A stretch of 64,000 nt of DNA. It comes from Verrucomicrobiota bacterium (GTDB taxonomy: Bacteria > Verrucomicrobiota > Verrucomicrobiia > Limisphaerales > CANJSG01). Numbering within the stretch: the first letter of the stretch is position 1; every line of letters begins with the position of its first letter. The notes under the pieces were generated by a model. That model had not been told where the DNA came from, ran no database searches, and saw only the letters and a program-made list of their open reading frames with translations. The DNA is taken from contig JBBQXJ010000011.1 in assembly GCA_038209745.1 (NCBI GenBank), positions 1 to 64,000 on the forward strand, written 5' to 3'. Below are positions 28,337 to 38,509 of this stretch, one piece after another. The position numbers and the translations under genes were made by a program.

Positions 28337-29299
28337 TCAGAAGTAACGGACGAAGTTCTTGGCCTTTAGCCGGTCGATCCATTTCTTCAGAAGTCTCTCC
28401 TGCTCCTGACCGCGAAGCTCGCGTTCGATCTCGTCCTGCACGTCGGCCAGCGGCCGCGTGTAGCTGATGCGGGAATCCTCCGCATACAGAATGTAGGCGC
28501 CGCCCGGGAGGTCGATCACCGGGCTGAGTTCACCGGCTTTGAGATTGAAGGCGACCTCGGTGAGCTCCTTGTTCAGAAAGTTCCGATCCACCCAGCCGCG
28601 ATCACCGCCAGTGGTCCGGGCCGAGCCATCCGAGTAGACCGCGGCCATCTGGGAGAAGGGCGCTCCATCGAGCAGCTTGGCGTGGACCTCTTCGGCGATC
28701 TTCTTGGCCAACCCTTTGGGGGCGCCGGCGGGCTGGTTGATGGAGATCATCCGGAGCTTCACCTGGTCGCCTAGCTGATAGTCCTTCAGGTGTTCCTTGT
28801 AGTGGTTCTCGATGCGGGTCGGGGAAATGACGATCTTATCGGAGTTGAGGTTCCGTTGCCGCAGCAGGCGCTCGATGAGCTGGTCTTTGCGCTCCTGGCG
28901 GAACTGTTCCCGGGTCTGGCCGCGCTCCTTCAACGTTTTGGCAAAACTGATCGTGTCGCCAAATTCCTCGCGGATCTGGTCGTTGATGTAGTCGTCCACG
29001 TAGGCTTCCGGGAGCTGGAATCCTAGGGCGGCGAAGTCGGCGAGGATGAGCTTGCCCTGCACCAGCTCCTCGACCCGGAGCTGTCGGAGCTGGCGGATCT
29101 GTTGGCTGATGACCTCGGGCTGGTTCCGATAGCGCTGGATAATGTCCTGCGCGGCCGGAGCGATCCGGGTCTCGATCTGCTGCTCGGTGATGACATCGCT
29201 GTTCACGATCACGCTGATGCCGTTCAACAGCTCGGGTGCCGCCGAAGCGGAGAGGCTGATGACAAGACCGGCGAGGAGCGCTGCAACCGTTTTTCTCAT
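28337..29299 (-). CDS. surA: SurA-like chaperone / parvulin PPIase
   Basis: Signal peptide, VIVNSDVIT, A..YS....GGDRGW rotamase domain. Confidence 0.8.
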   Translation of the reverse strand: MRKTVAALLAGLVISLSASAAPELLNGISVIVNSDVITEQQIETRIAPAAQDIIQRYRNQPEVISQQIRQLRQLRVEELVQGKLILADFAALGFQLPEAYVDDYINDQIREEFGDTISFAKTLKERGQTREQFRQERKDQLIERLLRQRNLNSDKIVISPTRIENHYKEHLKDYQLGDQVKLRMISINQPAGAPKGLAKKIAEEVHAKLLDGAPFSQMAAVYSDGSARTTGGDRGWVDRNFLNKELTEVAFNLKAGELSPVIDLPGGAYILYAEDSRISYTRPLADVQDEIERELRGQEQERLLKKWIDRLKAKNFVRYF

Positions 29300-30090
29300 G
29301 CGTTGGGCGGCATACTAGGAATGGACCCGGGTCCGCCAAGCGGAATCTCCCCCACCGAGCCGGAAGTCACTGAACCGGGTTCGATGAACTTCATGAATTC
29401 CAGCCCGGGCGCCGCCTGTAGCCGGAAACCCGCCCCGTTCCATTCGAACTCCAGCGCTGCGGCGTGCAGCAGATGGTTCGCGGTCAGCAGCGCGGCCTGC
29501 CGGGTCGCGTCCAATCGGTTCTCGACGAGAGCGAGGTAGTGCTCCGGATCGCCGCCGTAGAGCTTGTCCCCGACGATCGGATGCCCGCGATGGGCAAGGT
29601 GGATGCGAATCTGGTGCTTCCGTCCTGTCCTCGGCAAAACCAGGAGCAGAGCGAAGCGGCCCTCGTTCCGGAGAAAACGTTTCAGAACCGTGTAGCCCGT
29701 CGCGGCCTGCCGACCATCGGGCCGCACGCAGTCCTTGATGGCGACCACACTGGCCTCGTCCTTGCCCAACGGAGCGTCGATCTGCCCGGCGTCATCCGAG
29801 GGATGACCATGGACGACCGCCAAGTAGGTCTTCTGGACTCGGCCCAGTTCCCACATTCGCCCCAGTTGCCCGGCCGCGTCGGTGCTCTTGGCGAGCAGGA
29901 CGATGCCACTGGTTTCCCGATCGAGACGGTTGACCAGTCGAGGCGCCGAACCCGCTCCACAATGCATCCGGGCCCGACTGATGAGCGAAGACCAGACGTC
30001 GCCCTTGGTCGGGTGACAAACCAGATCGGCCGGCTTGTTCACGGCCAGCAGGGTCGGGGTTTCGAGAATGACGTCGAGCGAGGGGCCCAT
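29296..30090 (-). CDS. RluA-family pseudouridine synthase
   Basis: VNKPA, NRLDRETSG, TGRKHQIR.H, GD.LYG; start uncertain. Confidence 0.9.
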   Translation of the reverse strand: MGPSLDVILETPTLLAVNKPADLVCHPTKGDVWSSLISRARMHCGAGSAPRLVNRLDRETSGIVLLAKSTDAAGQLGRMWELGRVQKTYLAVVHGHPSDDAGQIDAPLGKDEASVVAIKDCVRPDGRQAATGYTVLKRFLRNEGRFALLLVLPRTGRKHQIRIHLAHRGHPIVGDKLYGGDPEHYLALVENRLDATRQAALLTANHLLHAAALEFEWNGAGFRLQAAPGLEFMKFIEPGSVTSGSVGEIPLGGPGSIPSMPPNA

Positions 30091-30192
30091 CGATGGCCCG
30101 AGCATCGTAGGCAGGAACCTCCCGGCCAACCCCGGAGTTTGCGGGCCGCCGGAGGCTTGTGCGGCCGCCTTCAGCCGCTATGATCCGCCAAG

Positions 30193-30837
30193 GTGAAACG
30201 CCGCATCATCATCCTATCCGTCCTGATGCTCCTGCTCGCGGTGACGCGCATTCCGGGGCTGGCGCCGTGGAATTTCAGCCCAGTGTACGCAATGGCCTTT
30301 TGCGCCGGAGCCTTCTTCAGGGGGAGATGGCAATGGGCCCTGCCGCTGGGCGTGATGTTGGCGACGGATATCGGGCTGAACCTCTATCACCAGAAGCAGG
30401 TGGCCGGGAGCGACTACTTCACCGGCACGGCGCTCTTCTATCTGCTGGGCAACTACGGCGCCTACGCAGTGCTTTTTGCCTTGGGCCGCTGGCTGGGCAA
30501 GTCGGACCGAAGGAATCCGCTGGGCCTGATCGGCGGCGGCATCCTCGGGGCGCTGGCGTTCTACTTCATCACCAACACGCTTTCCTGGTTGCTGAATCCG
30601 TTCCACCAGCCCGAATACACCCGCGATCTGGCCGGTTGGATCATCGCTCTGACCAAAGGTGCGGGCGGCTATCCGGAGACCTGGACCTTCTTCCGCAACA
30701 CCCTGATGAGCGGCGGACTGTTCACCGCTCTGTTCGTCGCCGCCGCCGAGGCCACCGAGCCGGAACGCGAACCCGAGACCGACGCGGGCGCGGAGCCCGA
30801 ATCTCCGGTCGGCGCCGAGCCGGAACAGGGCGTCTAA
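30193..30837 (+). CDS. DUF6580-like putative membrane transport protein
   Basis: WNFSPV.AMA, FYFITN, FFRNTL; multiple TM helices. Confidence 0.7.
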   Translation: MKRRIIILSVLMLLLAVTRIPGLAPWNFSPVYAMAFCAGAFFRGRWQWALPLGVMLATDIGLNLYHQKQVAGSDYFTGTALFYLLGNYGAYAVLFALGRWLGKSDRRNPLGLIGGGILGALAFYFITNTLSWLLNPFHQPEYTRDLAGWIIALTKGAGGYPETWTFFRNTLMSGGLFTALFVAAAEATEPEREPETDAGAEPESPVGAEPEQGV

Positions 30838-30840
30838 CGC

Positions 30841-31308
30841 ATGGGGAAGTTCGGCATCATCTCGGACACCCACGGATATCTTGATCCGCAGGTGCTCGAA
30901 ATCTTCGCCGGAGTCGACCGCATCTTCCACGCGGGAGACATAGGTTATCCCGCCGTCATCCTCGAACTGGAGGGCGTCGCCCCGGTGACCGCCGTGCTGG
31001 GGAACAACGATGCAGGGCTGGACTTTCGCGAGACCGAGGTGGCCGAGGTCGGTGGATTGAAAATCCTCGTCCATCACATCGTGACTCCTGGATTCCCCGG
31101 CGAGATCCTGGCCCATCGACTCGAGCGCGAGCGTCCCGACATCGTGCTCTTCGGGCATACGCACCGCCCCTGTGCCGAACGCCACGGCGGCGTCTTCTTC
31201 CTGAATCCCGGCTACTCCGGCCGGCCCCGGATGAACACCCCGCGCAGCGTCGCGTTGATCGAACTCGGAGCCGACGGGTTCAGCCACCGGTTCATCTCCC
31301 TTGCCTGA
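30841..31308 (+). CDS. YfcE-family metallophosphoesterase
   Basis: SDTHG, HAGD, GNND, FGHTH, NPG. Confidence 0.9.
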   Translation: MGKFGIISDTHGYLDPQVLEIFAGVDRIFHAGDIGYPAVILELEGVAPVTAVLGNNDAGLDFRETEVAEVGGLKILVHHIVTPGFPGEILAHRLERERPDIVLFGHTHRPCAERHGGVFFLNPGYSGRPRMNTPRSVALIELGADGFSHRFISLA

Positions 31309-31456
31309 CGCGGTCCCGGCCGGCGTTTGTCAGTTTTGAGAAGACCGCCTCCGATCTTTCCCCGCCAATCTTCCGGAATCCGCTCAAGGTTCATCCCTGC
31401 CCGCCGTTAATTCCCGTGGACTGCGAACTGCTTGGTTTGTGGCTCCAGACAACGCT

Positions 31457-32518
31457 ATGGGTTGGGCATTTTTGAATCGAAGCAATAAACGGCGGGACCA
31501 GATCGTTTCCATCGATCTGGGGGGACGCAGCACGAAGGCCGTCCTTCTCCAACGGCGCGCCGGTGGCTTCAGCCTTGCCCGCTACTGTGTCGCCGAAGCG
31601 GTGACCGGGGAGGATCTCCTGGACCCGGCCAAGCTCGGAGAACACCTGAAGACCGTGACCGCCGCGCTTGGAAGCAAGACCAAGAAGGTCGTGATTTCTA
31701 TCGGTGTCGCCGAATCGGTGCTGCGCTCGACCGAGATGCCACAGGTGCCGGTTTCGGACATGCGCCACATGTTGAAGCTGAACACCAAGAGCCACCTTCA
31801 GCAGGAACTTCCGGACCATGCGTTCGACTGCTGCATCATGCCTCCTCGGCCCGACGCGCCCAAACCGGAGCCCGGCAAAGGAAACAGGTTCAAGGTCTGG
31901 GTCGGCGCCGCACCCAATGCGGTGATCGCCAAACTCCAATCCGCCGTAAAACACGCGGGGTTGGAGCCGGATCAGGTCTCAATAGGCTCGCTGGGCCCGG
32001 TCAATTCCTTCGAGTCCGCTTTCCCCGACATCTTCCACGGCGACGTGATCGCCTTGGTGGACCTCGGCTACAAGAGCAGCAGCATCAACATCCTGTCGAA
32101 GGGTGAACTCGTCCTCAGCCGCGTGGTCGGGCTGGGAGGCGACAGGCTCACCGCGACGCTCGCCGAGCTGATGAACATCACCTACGCCGAGGCGGAAGGG
32201 ATCAAGATCGGCATGCCCCAGGAGGTCGAGAGCACGCTTGCGCCCAGCCTGGCCGCTCTGGCCCGTGAACTTCGCGCATCGATCGACTTTTTCGAGACCC
32301 AGAGCGATCAGCCGGTCGGGACGATCTACTTCTCGGGCGGCGCGGCCCGGTCCGACTATTTCATCCAGACGCTGCAGGCGGAGTTGGTTCTTCCCTGCCG
32401 GACATGGAATCCGGCTGCGGGCCTCCAGTTGGAGCTCGTGCCCGAGCAGGTCGCCGAGCTGGAACACGTCGCCTCCCAGTTGGCGGTCGCCATCGGCGCG
32501 GCAACACCCCTTTTCTAA
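31457..32518 (+). CDS. pilM: Type IV pilus assembly protein PilM
   Basis: Actin-like fold motifs IDLG, VDLG, EAE.IK, SGG.A, LAVAIG.A. Confidence 0.85.
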   Translation: MGWAFLNRSNKRRDQIVSIDLGGRSTKAVLLQRRAGGFSLARYCVAEAVTGEDLLDPAKLGEHLKTVTAALGSKTKKVVISIGVAESVLRSTEMPQVPVSDMRHMLKLNTKSHLQQELPDHAFDCCIMPPRPDAPKPEPGKGNRFKVWVGAAPNAVIAKLQSAVKHAGLEPDQVSIGSLGPVNSFESAFPDIFHGDVIALVDLGYKSSSINILSKGELVLSRVVGLGGDRLTATLAELMNITYAEAEGIKIGMPQEVESTLAPSLAALARELRASIDFFETQSDQPVGTIYFSGGAARSDYFIQTLQAELVLPCRTWNPAAGLQLELVPEQVAELEHVASQLAVAIGAATPLF

Positions 32519-32524
32519 AACTTC

Positions 32525-33208
32525 ATGCCTATTCGCATCAACCTGCTTGCCGAAGTCCAGATGGCCGAGGAGATGCGGCGCAAGGACCCGGTCAAACGGT
32601 CCATCTGGGGAGCGGCCCTCCTCGTTCTCGCGGTCGGTCTCTGGTGCGGCCAAAAACAGACCCAGCTCATGCTGGCGAAGTCCGAACTGGCCCGCATGTC
32701 GGCGACGTGGGCGGCGGAGGAGAAGAACTTCCAGAAGGTGAACGAAATGCTGCGCGCCACAGGGGATCTCGAGAAACGCTTGGTGGCGCTCGTGCGGTCC
32801 TCGACCAACCGGTTCCTCTTGGGATCCACGCTTCATCAGCTCCAGCTCACGCTTCCGGACGACCTCCAATTCACCCGCCTCCGCACGGAGCAGGGATTCC
32901 TCGTCACTGCGGCGGAACCGCCCAAGAAGAACGGAAGCAAGATGGTGCCGGGTCGGCGCGCCTCGTCGACGGAGAATCTCCGGATCGTGGTCGACGGGAA
33001 GGACTACGCCGCGATCGAGACCCAGAACTACAACGTTTTCAAACTGGCCCTGTCCACCAACGCCCTGTTCGCCGTCCCGCTGAAGGGAGTCGGGGGGTTC
33101 AAACTGTCCAACTTGTCCCAGCCCGTCGCCGATCCGGCGAAGAACGGCAAGACATTCGTCGCCTTCTCGTTGGAGGCGCGTTTCCCGGAGGTCGTACGCG
33201 ATGAGTAA
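32525..33208 (+). CDS. pilN: PilN-like protein
   Basis: IRINLL N-terminal motif, TM helix, coiled coil. Confidence 0.7.
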   Translation: MPIRINLLAEVQMAEEMRRKDPVKRSIWGAALLVLAVGLWCGQKQTQLMLAKSELARMSATWAAEEKNFQKVNEMLRATGDLEKRLVALVRSSTNRFLLGSTLHQLQLTLPDDLQFTRLRTEQGFLVTAAEPPKKNGSKMVPGRRASSTENLRIVVDGKDYAAIETQNYNVFKLALSTNALFAVPLKGVGGFKLSNLSQPVADPAKNGKTFVAFSLEARFPEVVRDE

Positions 33209-33815
33209 GATGTCCCGCGAAAAGAAGAGCCAGATCATCCTGATCGTGATGATGGCCGTCACCGTCTGTTTCGGCCTCTATTTCGGCATCATCCAGATCC
33301 AGGGCGACCGGATCAACGCGATGAACCGTCGCCGCGACGAGATGGTGGAGAAGCTCACCAAGGCCGAACGTGCCCTGAAGAACAAGAAAGCCTTGGAGAC
33401 CGAGCTCGCCGCCCGCCGCGCCGAGCTCGACACCATCGAGCGCACCATGGCTTCGGGCGACCTCTACTCCTGGATCATCGGCACGATGAACCGGCGGGCC
33501 ACCCGGTTCGACCTGAACATTCCCACCTACGGACGCGAAACCATCGGCGAGATCGGGATCGTCCCCGAGTTCCCCTACAAGGCGGCGACGTTCCTGCTTC
33601 GCGGCACGGGGACCTTTGAGAATCTCGGTCGATTCGTGGCCGACCTCGAGAACGACCGCCCCTTCTTCCGCGTGCAGAATCTCGACGTTTCCCCCGCCCC
33701 CGCAGGCTCGGGCGGGGAGTATCTGGTCCAGTTCAGCTTTGAACTGGTCGCCCCTATCCGCCCTGCCCAAACGGTCATTGCGAACAATGAAAACGTCACC
33801 GCAAAAGCTCCTTAG
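33201..33815 (+). CDS. pilO: PilO-like protein
   Basis: TM, coiled coil, G.F..LG.F...LE. Confidence 0.7.
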   Translation: MSKMSREKKSQIILIVMMAVTVCFGLYFGIIQIQGDRINAMNRRRDEMVEKLTKAERALKNKKALETELAARRAELDTIERTMASGDLYSWIIGTMNRRATRFDLNIPTYGRETIGEIGIVPEFPYKAATFLLRGTGTFENLGRFVADLENDRPFFRVQNLDVSPAPAGSGGEYLVQFSFELVAPIRPAQTVIANNENVTAKAP

Positions 33816-34257
33816 CCTCTCGGCCCTGCTCCTCGTCTGGTCGGCGTCCACCGCGACGGTCCGGGCTGCCGGAGCGAATCTTCCGGAGATCACCGCGCGC
33901 ACCAACTCCATCGCCACGGTCGTGACCCTCCGGAAGTCCATCTTCAATCCCGATGTCCCCGGTGCCCGCAATCCCTTCTACCCGGACGCGGTGCGCGTCG
34001 TCAGGAAAGCGGGCGGCGACGAAACGGAGATCTCCGTCACGACGTTCTCCCAGCTCACCCTGCGCGGCATCGTCTCGGGACGGAGCGCCATCATCAACAA
34101 CCGCAATTTTGTGACCGGGGACGAAGCCGAAGTCCGGCTGCCCGGAGGTCGCCAAGCCAAGATCAAGGTGATCAAGGTCAACGAGGACAGCGTCGTCATC
34201 ACCATCGGCGGCCAGAAGGAATCCAAGACGCTCTACGCCAAGGGCGCGGCTCACTGA
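33787..34257 (+). CDS. PilP/GspC-like periplasmic protein
   Basis: Signal peptide, RNPF.P, LTLRGIV...AIIN; lies between pilO and the secretin. Confidence 0.6.
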   Translation: MKTSPQKLLSLSALLLVWSASTATVRAAGANLPEITARTNSIATVVTLRKSIFNPDVPGARNPFYPDAVRVVRKAGGDETEISVTTFSQLTLRGIVSGRSAIINNRNFVTGDEAEVRLPGGRQAKIKVIKVNEDSVVITIGGQKESKTLYAKGAAH

Positions 34258-34324
34258 AGCGGGAGACCCGGCACACCCAATTTTCTCACGGAAAAGTGGA
34301 ATCAAACTAGCTAAGGGAACAAAT

Positions 34325-35881
34325 ATGAAGGATCCGATTTTGAAAGCATGTCACGCCGTGGCGCTCGCCACCGCCTTGTGGTGGCCGCTGGGAGCCGAAG
34401 CGGCCGCCGAGCCCGCGACGGCACAAGCCTCCGCCGACATCGGCGGTCAACAGATCAACACAACCTCGGGCGAGATTCTGCAATCGGTGCAGATGGACGG
34501 CGCCCTCCTGACCGACGCGCTCAGCTCGCTCGCGCGACAGGCCGGGATCAACTTCCAGTTCGACCCGCGACTGAGCGCCGGCGGCGTCGGCACGGACGGC
34601 CAGACGAACCAGATACCGAACGTCTCGTTCCGCTTCGAGAACGTGACCGCCGCCCAGGCGTTCGTCGCGATCCTCGACAACTACGGCCTCCAGTTCACCG
34701 CCGATCCGCGCACCAAAATCGGCCGCGTCAGCATCAAGGACGCGAAGGAGCCGCTGGTCACCCGCACCTTCCAGCTGAAATACAGCAGCCCGACCAACAT
34801 GATCGCGCTGCTCCAGCCCTCCCTCCAGGACACCCGCGGCCGCATCCTTCCCGATGGCCGCACCTCCAAGCTCGTCGTCCTGGCCACCGAGCGTGAACTC
34901 ATCAACATCGCGACGCTCATCGACAAGCTCGACACCGCCACCCGTCAGATCTTGATCGAAGCCCGCTTCTTGGAGACCAGCTACAGCCCCGATTCCATCA
35001 AGGGACTCGACTGGTCGGGCACCTTCGCCGCCCAGAACCTCAAGTTCGGCAATACGATCCCCAGTGTGGCCCCTGCTTCTACCGTTCCCGCCGGCTCAGG
35101 GCCTGGAGTGATGCTTTCCAAGGCTCCGCAGGCCTATCTGTCCACGATGGGCAGCCCGGCTCCCGGTCTCTTGAACGCCGACGGACTCAGTGCCGTTCTC
35201 TCCTTCCTCAACACGGACCAACAGTCCGAATCGATCGCCGCGCCGCGCGCCGTCACCATGGAAAACGTGTCCGCCGATCTATCGGTCGTCCGCAACGTGC
35301 CGATCTTCGAACAGGAGCAAGGCGCGTCTTCCGCTGGCGGCACCGCTCCCATTTCAACCAAGCCGAACTACGAGAAGAAAGTCGCCGACCGAATCGTCAA
35401 CGAAGTCGGCATCAAGCTGGTCGTCACGCCCTCCATCGCGGCCGGGACCAATGTGCTCCTCAATCTCAAGCCTGAGATTTCCGACTTCGACGGACAGGCT
35501 TCTTCCACCTTCAACGGCGAGCTCAACACGTCCCCGATCTTCAAACGGAGCCGGCTGGACACCGTCGCCATGGTGCCGAGCAGCTACACCCTGGTGCTCG
35601 GCGGTCTGATGAGCGACTCGAACACCAAGACCCTCACCAAGGTGCCCATCCTCGGCGACATTCCCGGACTCGGCCGCGCCTTCCGCAGCGACAAGAAGAG
35701 CAGGAACAAGCGCAACCTCTTGATCTTCGTCACGCCGACGATCCTTGGATTGGAAGACTTCCAGAACAACGGCCGTCCGACCGAGTTCCTCCAGTCCAGC
35801 CCGAACCTCTCGATGAAGAACACTTTCGAAGATCCCTACGACAGCGCGGAAGCCAAAGACTGGACCAAACCCGTCAACTGA
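34325..35881 (+). CDS. Secretin (PilQ/GspD family)
   Basis: N3 domain (F.LKY...LD...RQILIEARF), VGIKL.VTP, KVPILGDIPGLG..FR, LLIFVTP. Confidence 0.9.
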   Translation: MKDPILKACHAVALATALWWPLGAEAAAEPATAQASADIGGQQINTTSGEILQSVQMDGALLTDALSSLARQAGINFQFDPRLSAGGVGTDGQTNQIPNVSFRFENVTAAQAFVAILDNYGLQFTADPRTKIGRVSIKDAKEPLVTRTFQLKYSSPTNMIALLQPSLQDTRGRILPDGRTSKLVVLATERELINIATLIDKLDTATRQILIEARFLETSYSPDSIKGLDWSGTFAAQNLKFGNTIPSVAPASTVPAGSGPGVMLSKAPQAYLSTMGSPAPGLLNADGLSAVLSFLNTDQQSESIAAPRAVTMENVSADLSVVRNVPIFEQEQGASSAGGTAPISTKPNYEKKVADRIVNEVGIKLVVTPSIAAGTNVLLNLKPEISDFDGQASSTFNGELNTSPIFKRSRLDTVAMVPSSYTLVLGGLMSDSNTKTLTKVPILGDIPGLGRAFRSDKKSRNKRNLLIFVTPTILGLEDFQNNGRPTEFLQSSPNLSMKNTFEDPYDSAEAKDWTKPVN

Positions 35882-35901
35882 TCGCGCAACGACCTCTCTG
35901 C

Positions 35902-35938
35902 AAAAACGCCCCGGAGCAATCCGGGGCGTTTTCTTTTC
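35902..35938. terminator. Bidirectional intrinsic terminator
   Basis: AAAAACGCCCCGGA-GCAA-TCCGGGGCGTTTT. Confidence 0.85.
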
Positions 35939-35943
35939 CCGAC

Positions 35944-37239
35944 TCAGCCCAACGCCTTGGCCGCGATGTCGCGGCGGAGATGCTGACCCCCTTCGAAGTG
36001 GATCAGATCGGCGGCTCGGTAGGCGGCGTCACGGGCTTCCTGGAGCGAATCCGCCCAAGCGGTCACCCCCAGCACCCGGCCGCCGTTGGTAACGGTCTTG
36101 CCATCCTTCAGCGCGGTGCCGGCGTGGAACACCTTGGTGTTGGGCAAGGCGCCGGCTTCCGCCAGGCCGAAGATTTCTTTCCCCTTGGGATACGTCCCGG
36201 GATAGCCGGGCGCGGCGATGACGACGCAGACGGAAGCCTGTTTCGACCAGTGGAGCTCCATCGCATCCAACCGGCCTTCCACGCTGGCGAGCAGCAGTTC
36301 GACGAGGTCGCTGTCCAACCGCGTGAGGTAGGTCTGGGTCTCCGGATCGCCGAAGCGCGCATTGAACTCCAGCACCTTGGGCCCGTCCTTGGTCAGCATC
36401 ACTCCGGGATAGAGGATGCCGCGAAAGTCGATGCCTTCGGCCGCACAGCCCTTGAGCCAGGGCAACAGGATTTGGCGACCGACGGCGGCGAGTTCCGTTT
36501 CGTCGAGAAACGGCGCCGGCGAATAGGTGCCCATCCCGCCGGTGTTCAATCCCTCGTCGTGGTCGAAGGCGCGCTTGTGGTCCTGGGCGGTGGGAAACAA
36601 CTTCGCCGTCCGTCCATCGCACAGGGCGTGGAGCGAGATTTCCATCCCTTCGAGCATCTCCTGGAGGACGACCCGTGAGCCTGCACTGCCGAAGGCGCGT
36701 TCTACCAGGATCTCGTCGATGGCCCGGTCCGCCTCTTCCACCGTCTGGCAGAGGATGACGCCTTTGCCCAAAGCCAGACCGTCGGCCTTGACCGCAACTT
36801 TTCCATGCAGACCCGCCGCGAACGCCTTGGCCTGTGCGGGATCGGAAAACGTCCCGGAGATCGCGGTGGGGATGCCGTGCTTCTCCATGAAGTCCTGCGA
36901 GAAGGCCTTGGAAGCTTCGAACTGGGCGGCCTTTTTGTTCGGTCCCCAGATCTTCAATCCAGCTGCTTGGAACGCGTCCACCACTCCGGCCCCAAGGGCG
37001 CCATCAGGACCTACCACCGACAGGTCCGGTCGGTGTTCCGTCGCCCATTGGATCAGGGCGGGGATGTCTTCGGCGCCGATCGGGACGTTCTCCACGGCCG
37101 CGTCGTTGGCGGCGAGCCGTTCGAGGGCGGTGCCGGCGTTGCCCGGGGCACACCACAGGTGGGTGACGCGCGGAGAGCGCGCCAGCTTCCAGACCAGGGC
37201 GTGTTCGCGTCCACCGGAACCGATGACGAGGATCTTCAT
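35944..37239 (-). CDS. purD: Phosphoribosylamine-glycine ligase
   Basis: GSGGREHA, KADGLALGKGV, NTGGMG, EFNARFGDPE. Confidence 0.97.
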   Translation of the reverse strand: MKILVIGSGGREHALVWKLARSPRVTHLWCAPGNAGTALERLAANDAAVENVPIGAEDIPALIQWATEHRPDLSVVGPDGALGAGVVDAFQAAGLKIWGPNKKAAQFEASKAFSQDFMEKHGIPTAISGTFSDPAQAKAFAAGLHGKVAVKADGLALGKGVILCQTVEEADRAIDEILVERAFGSAGSRVVLQEMLEGMEISLHALCDGRTAKLFPTAQDHKRAFDHDEGLNTGGMGTYSPAPFLDETELAAVGRQILLPWLKGCAAEGIDFRGILYPGVMLTKDGPKVLEFNARFGDPETQTYLTRLDSDLVELLLASVEGRLDAMELHWSKQASVCVVIAAPGYPGTYPKGKEIFGLAEAGALPNTKVFHAGTALKDGKTVTNGGRVLGVTAWADSLQEARDAAYRAADLIHFEGGQHLRRDIAAKALG

Positions 37240-37416
37240 GTGCCGGCGGATGAAACCGGAAAGAGCATGGGAGGGCAAAGGCGTTTCTCCGGTGACCGGG
37301 GCCGGCCCGTCCGCGATTCTTCCCCGGGGAGTCGGGTCTCAATTCGGACTCGGCCGAGATCCTGCTAAAGGCGGGTTATGGGACGGTTTTGACAATCGCC
37401 CCTCCTAGACGACGCC

Positions 37417-38394
37417 ATGAAAAAGGTTCTCCTGATCCTCACGTTGACCGTCGCGGCCGGATGGTTCTGGTTCAACCGGGCTGCTGCCAGCGACGAGACG
37501 CTGCTCCATCCCGAAGATGCCGAATACTTCGGCCACGTCGGTCGCCCGGCCGACGTGGCGTTCACCGCCCTCGATGGACGAAAAGTCAACGTGGCGGAGA
37601 TGAAAGGCCACGTGGTGCTGCTTGATTTCTGGGCGACGTGGTGCGGGCCCTGCATGAGGGAAATGCCCCGAGTGAAGGCGACCTTCGAGAAGTATCACGC
37701 CCGCGGCTTCGAGATCGTGGGCATCAGCTTCGACCGTGATCGGCAGGCATTGCAGGGCGTGGTCCAGGAAGCCGGCATCCCCTGGCCGCATTACTTCGAA
37801 GAAGGCCAGGGCAAAAACCTGTTCGGTCTCAAGTTCGGCATCCGGCACTACCCTTCCATGTGGCTGGTGGACAAGAAGGGCATCGTCCGGTTCATCAGCG
37901 CGGGGCGCGACATGGAGGAGAAGATCGCAGCCCTTCTCGCCGAAGATCCCGACCAGAAGCCTCTCTCTTTGACGAATCCCGTCGGGTTCTTGGATCGGGC
38001 CAAAGAAGTCGTCGCCTCCGTGAAGTCCCACCACGAAACCGATTCGCCCACGGACTCTGGGTCTTCGGGCGGGGCGACATCGCTGGTGGCGGCCATCTCG
38101 CGTTTCGCTTCGAACACGCCCCGATCGTCGGACGACCGACCGGCCGGTCTGCATGCGGTTCGGCTCAAGGGAGTCCTGGCTTCGGTCTCAAGGCCTATGG
38201 CGATGCTGGAGGCCGACGGCCATGCCTTCTCGCTCGTTCCCGGCGAAGAGATGAAAGTGAAGATCGGCGAACTGATCGTGCCGGTCCGATGCGACGCGAT
38301 CAATGGCGCCCGCGTCACCCTTTCGACGAGCAACGGGGTGGTGAAGAGCGAACTGCTGTTGGCGCAGAGGGTCGGAATCGATCCTCAGCCCTGA
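37417..38394 (+). CDS. TlpA-family thiol-disulfide oxidoreductase with extra C-terminal domain
   Basis: N-terminal anchor, DFWATWCGPC; C-terminal VRLKGVL...MAML domain. Confidence 0.85.
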   Translation: MKKVLLILTLTVAAGWFWFNRAAASDETLLHPEDAEYFGHVGRPADVAFTALDGRKVNVAEMKGHVVLLDFWATWCGPCMREMPRVKATFEKYHARGFEIVGISFDRDRQALQGVVQEAGIPWPHYFEEGQGKNLFGLKFGIRHYPSMWLVDKKGIVRFISAGRDMEEKIAALLAEDPDQKPLSLTNPVGFLDRAKEVVASVKSHHETDSPTDSGSSGGATSLVAAISRFASNTPRSSDDRPAGLHAVRLKGVLASVSRPMAMLEADGHAFSLVPGEEMKVKIGELIVPVRCDAINGARVTLSTSNGVVKSELLLAQRVGIDPQP

Positions 38395-38509
38395 TCCCCG
38401 GGCAGACCTTCCAGGAGGCGACTGTCGCTGTCTTGATGGCGGCCCAGCGACAAGACTCGTTCGCGGGATCGACATTGATCGGAGGCTCGGCACCACCGAA
38501 GCTCCGGCG

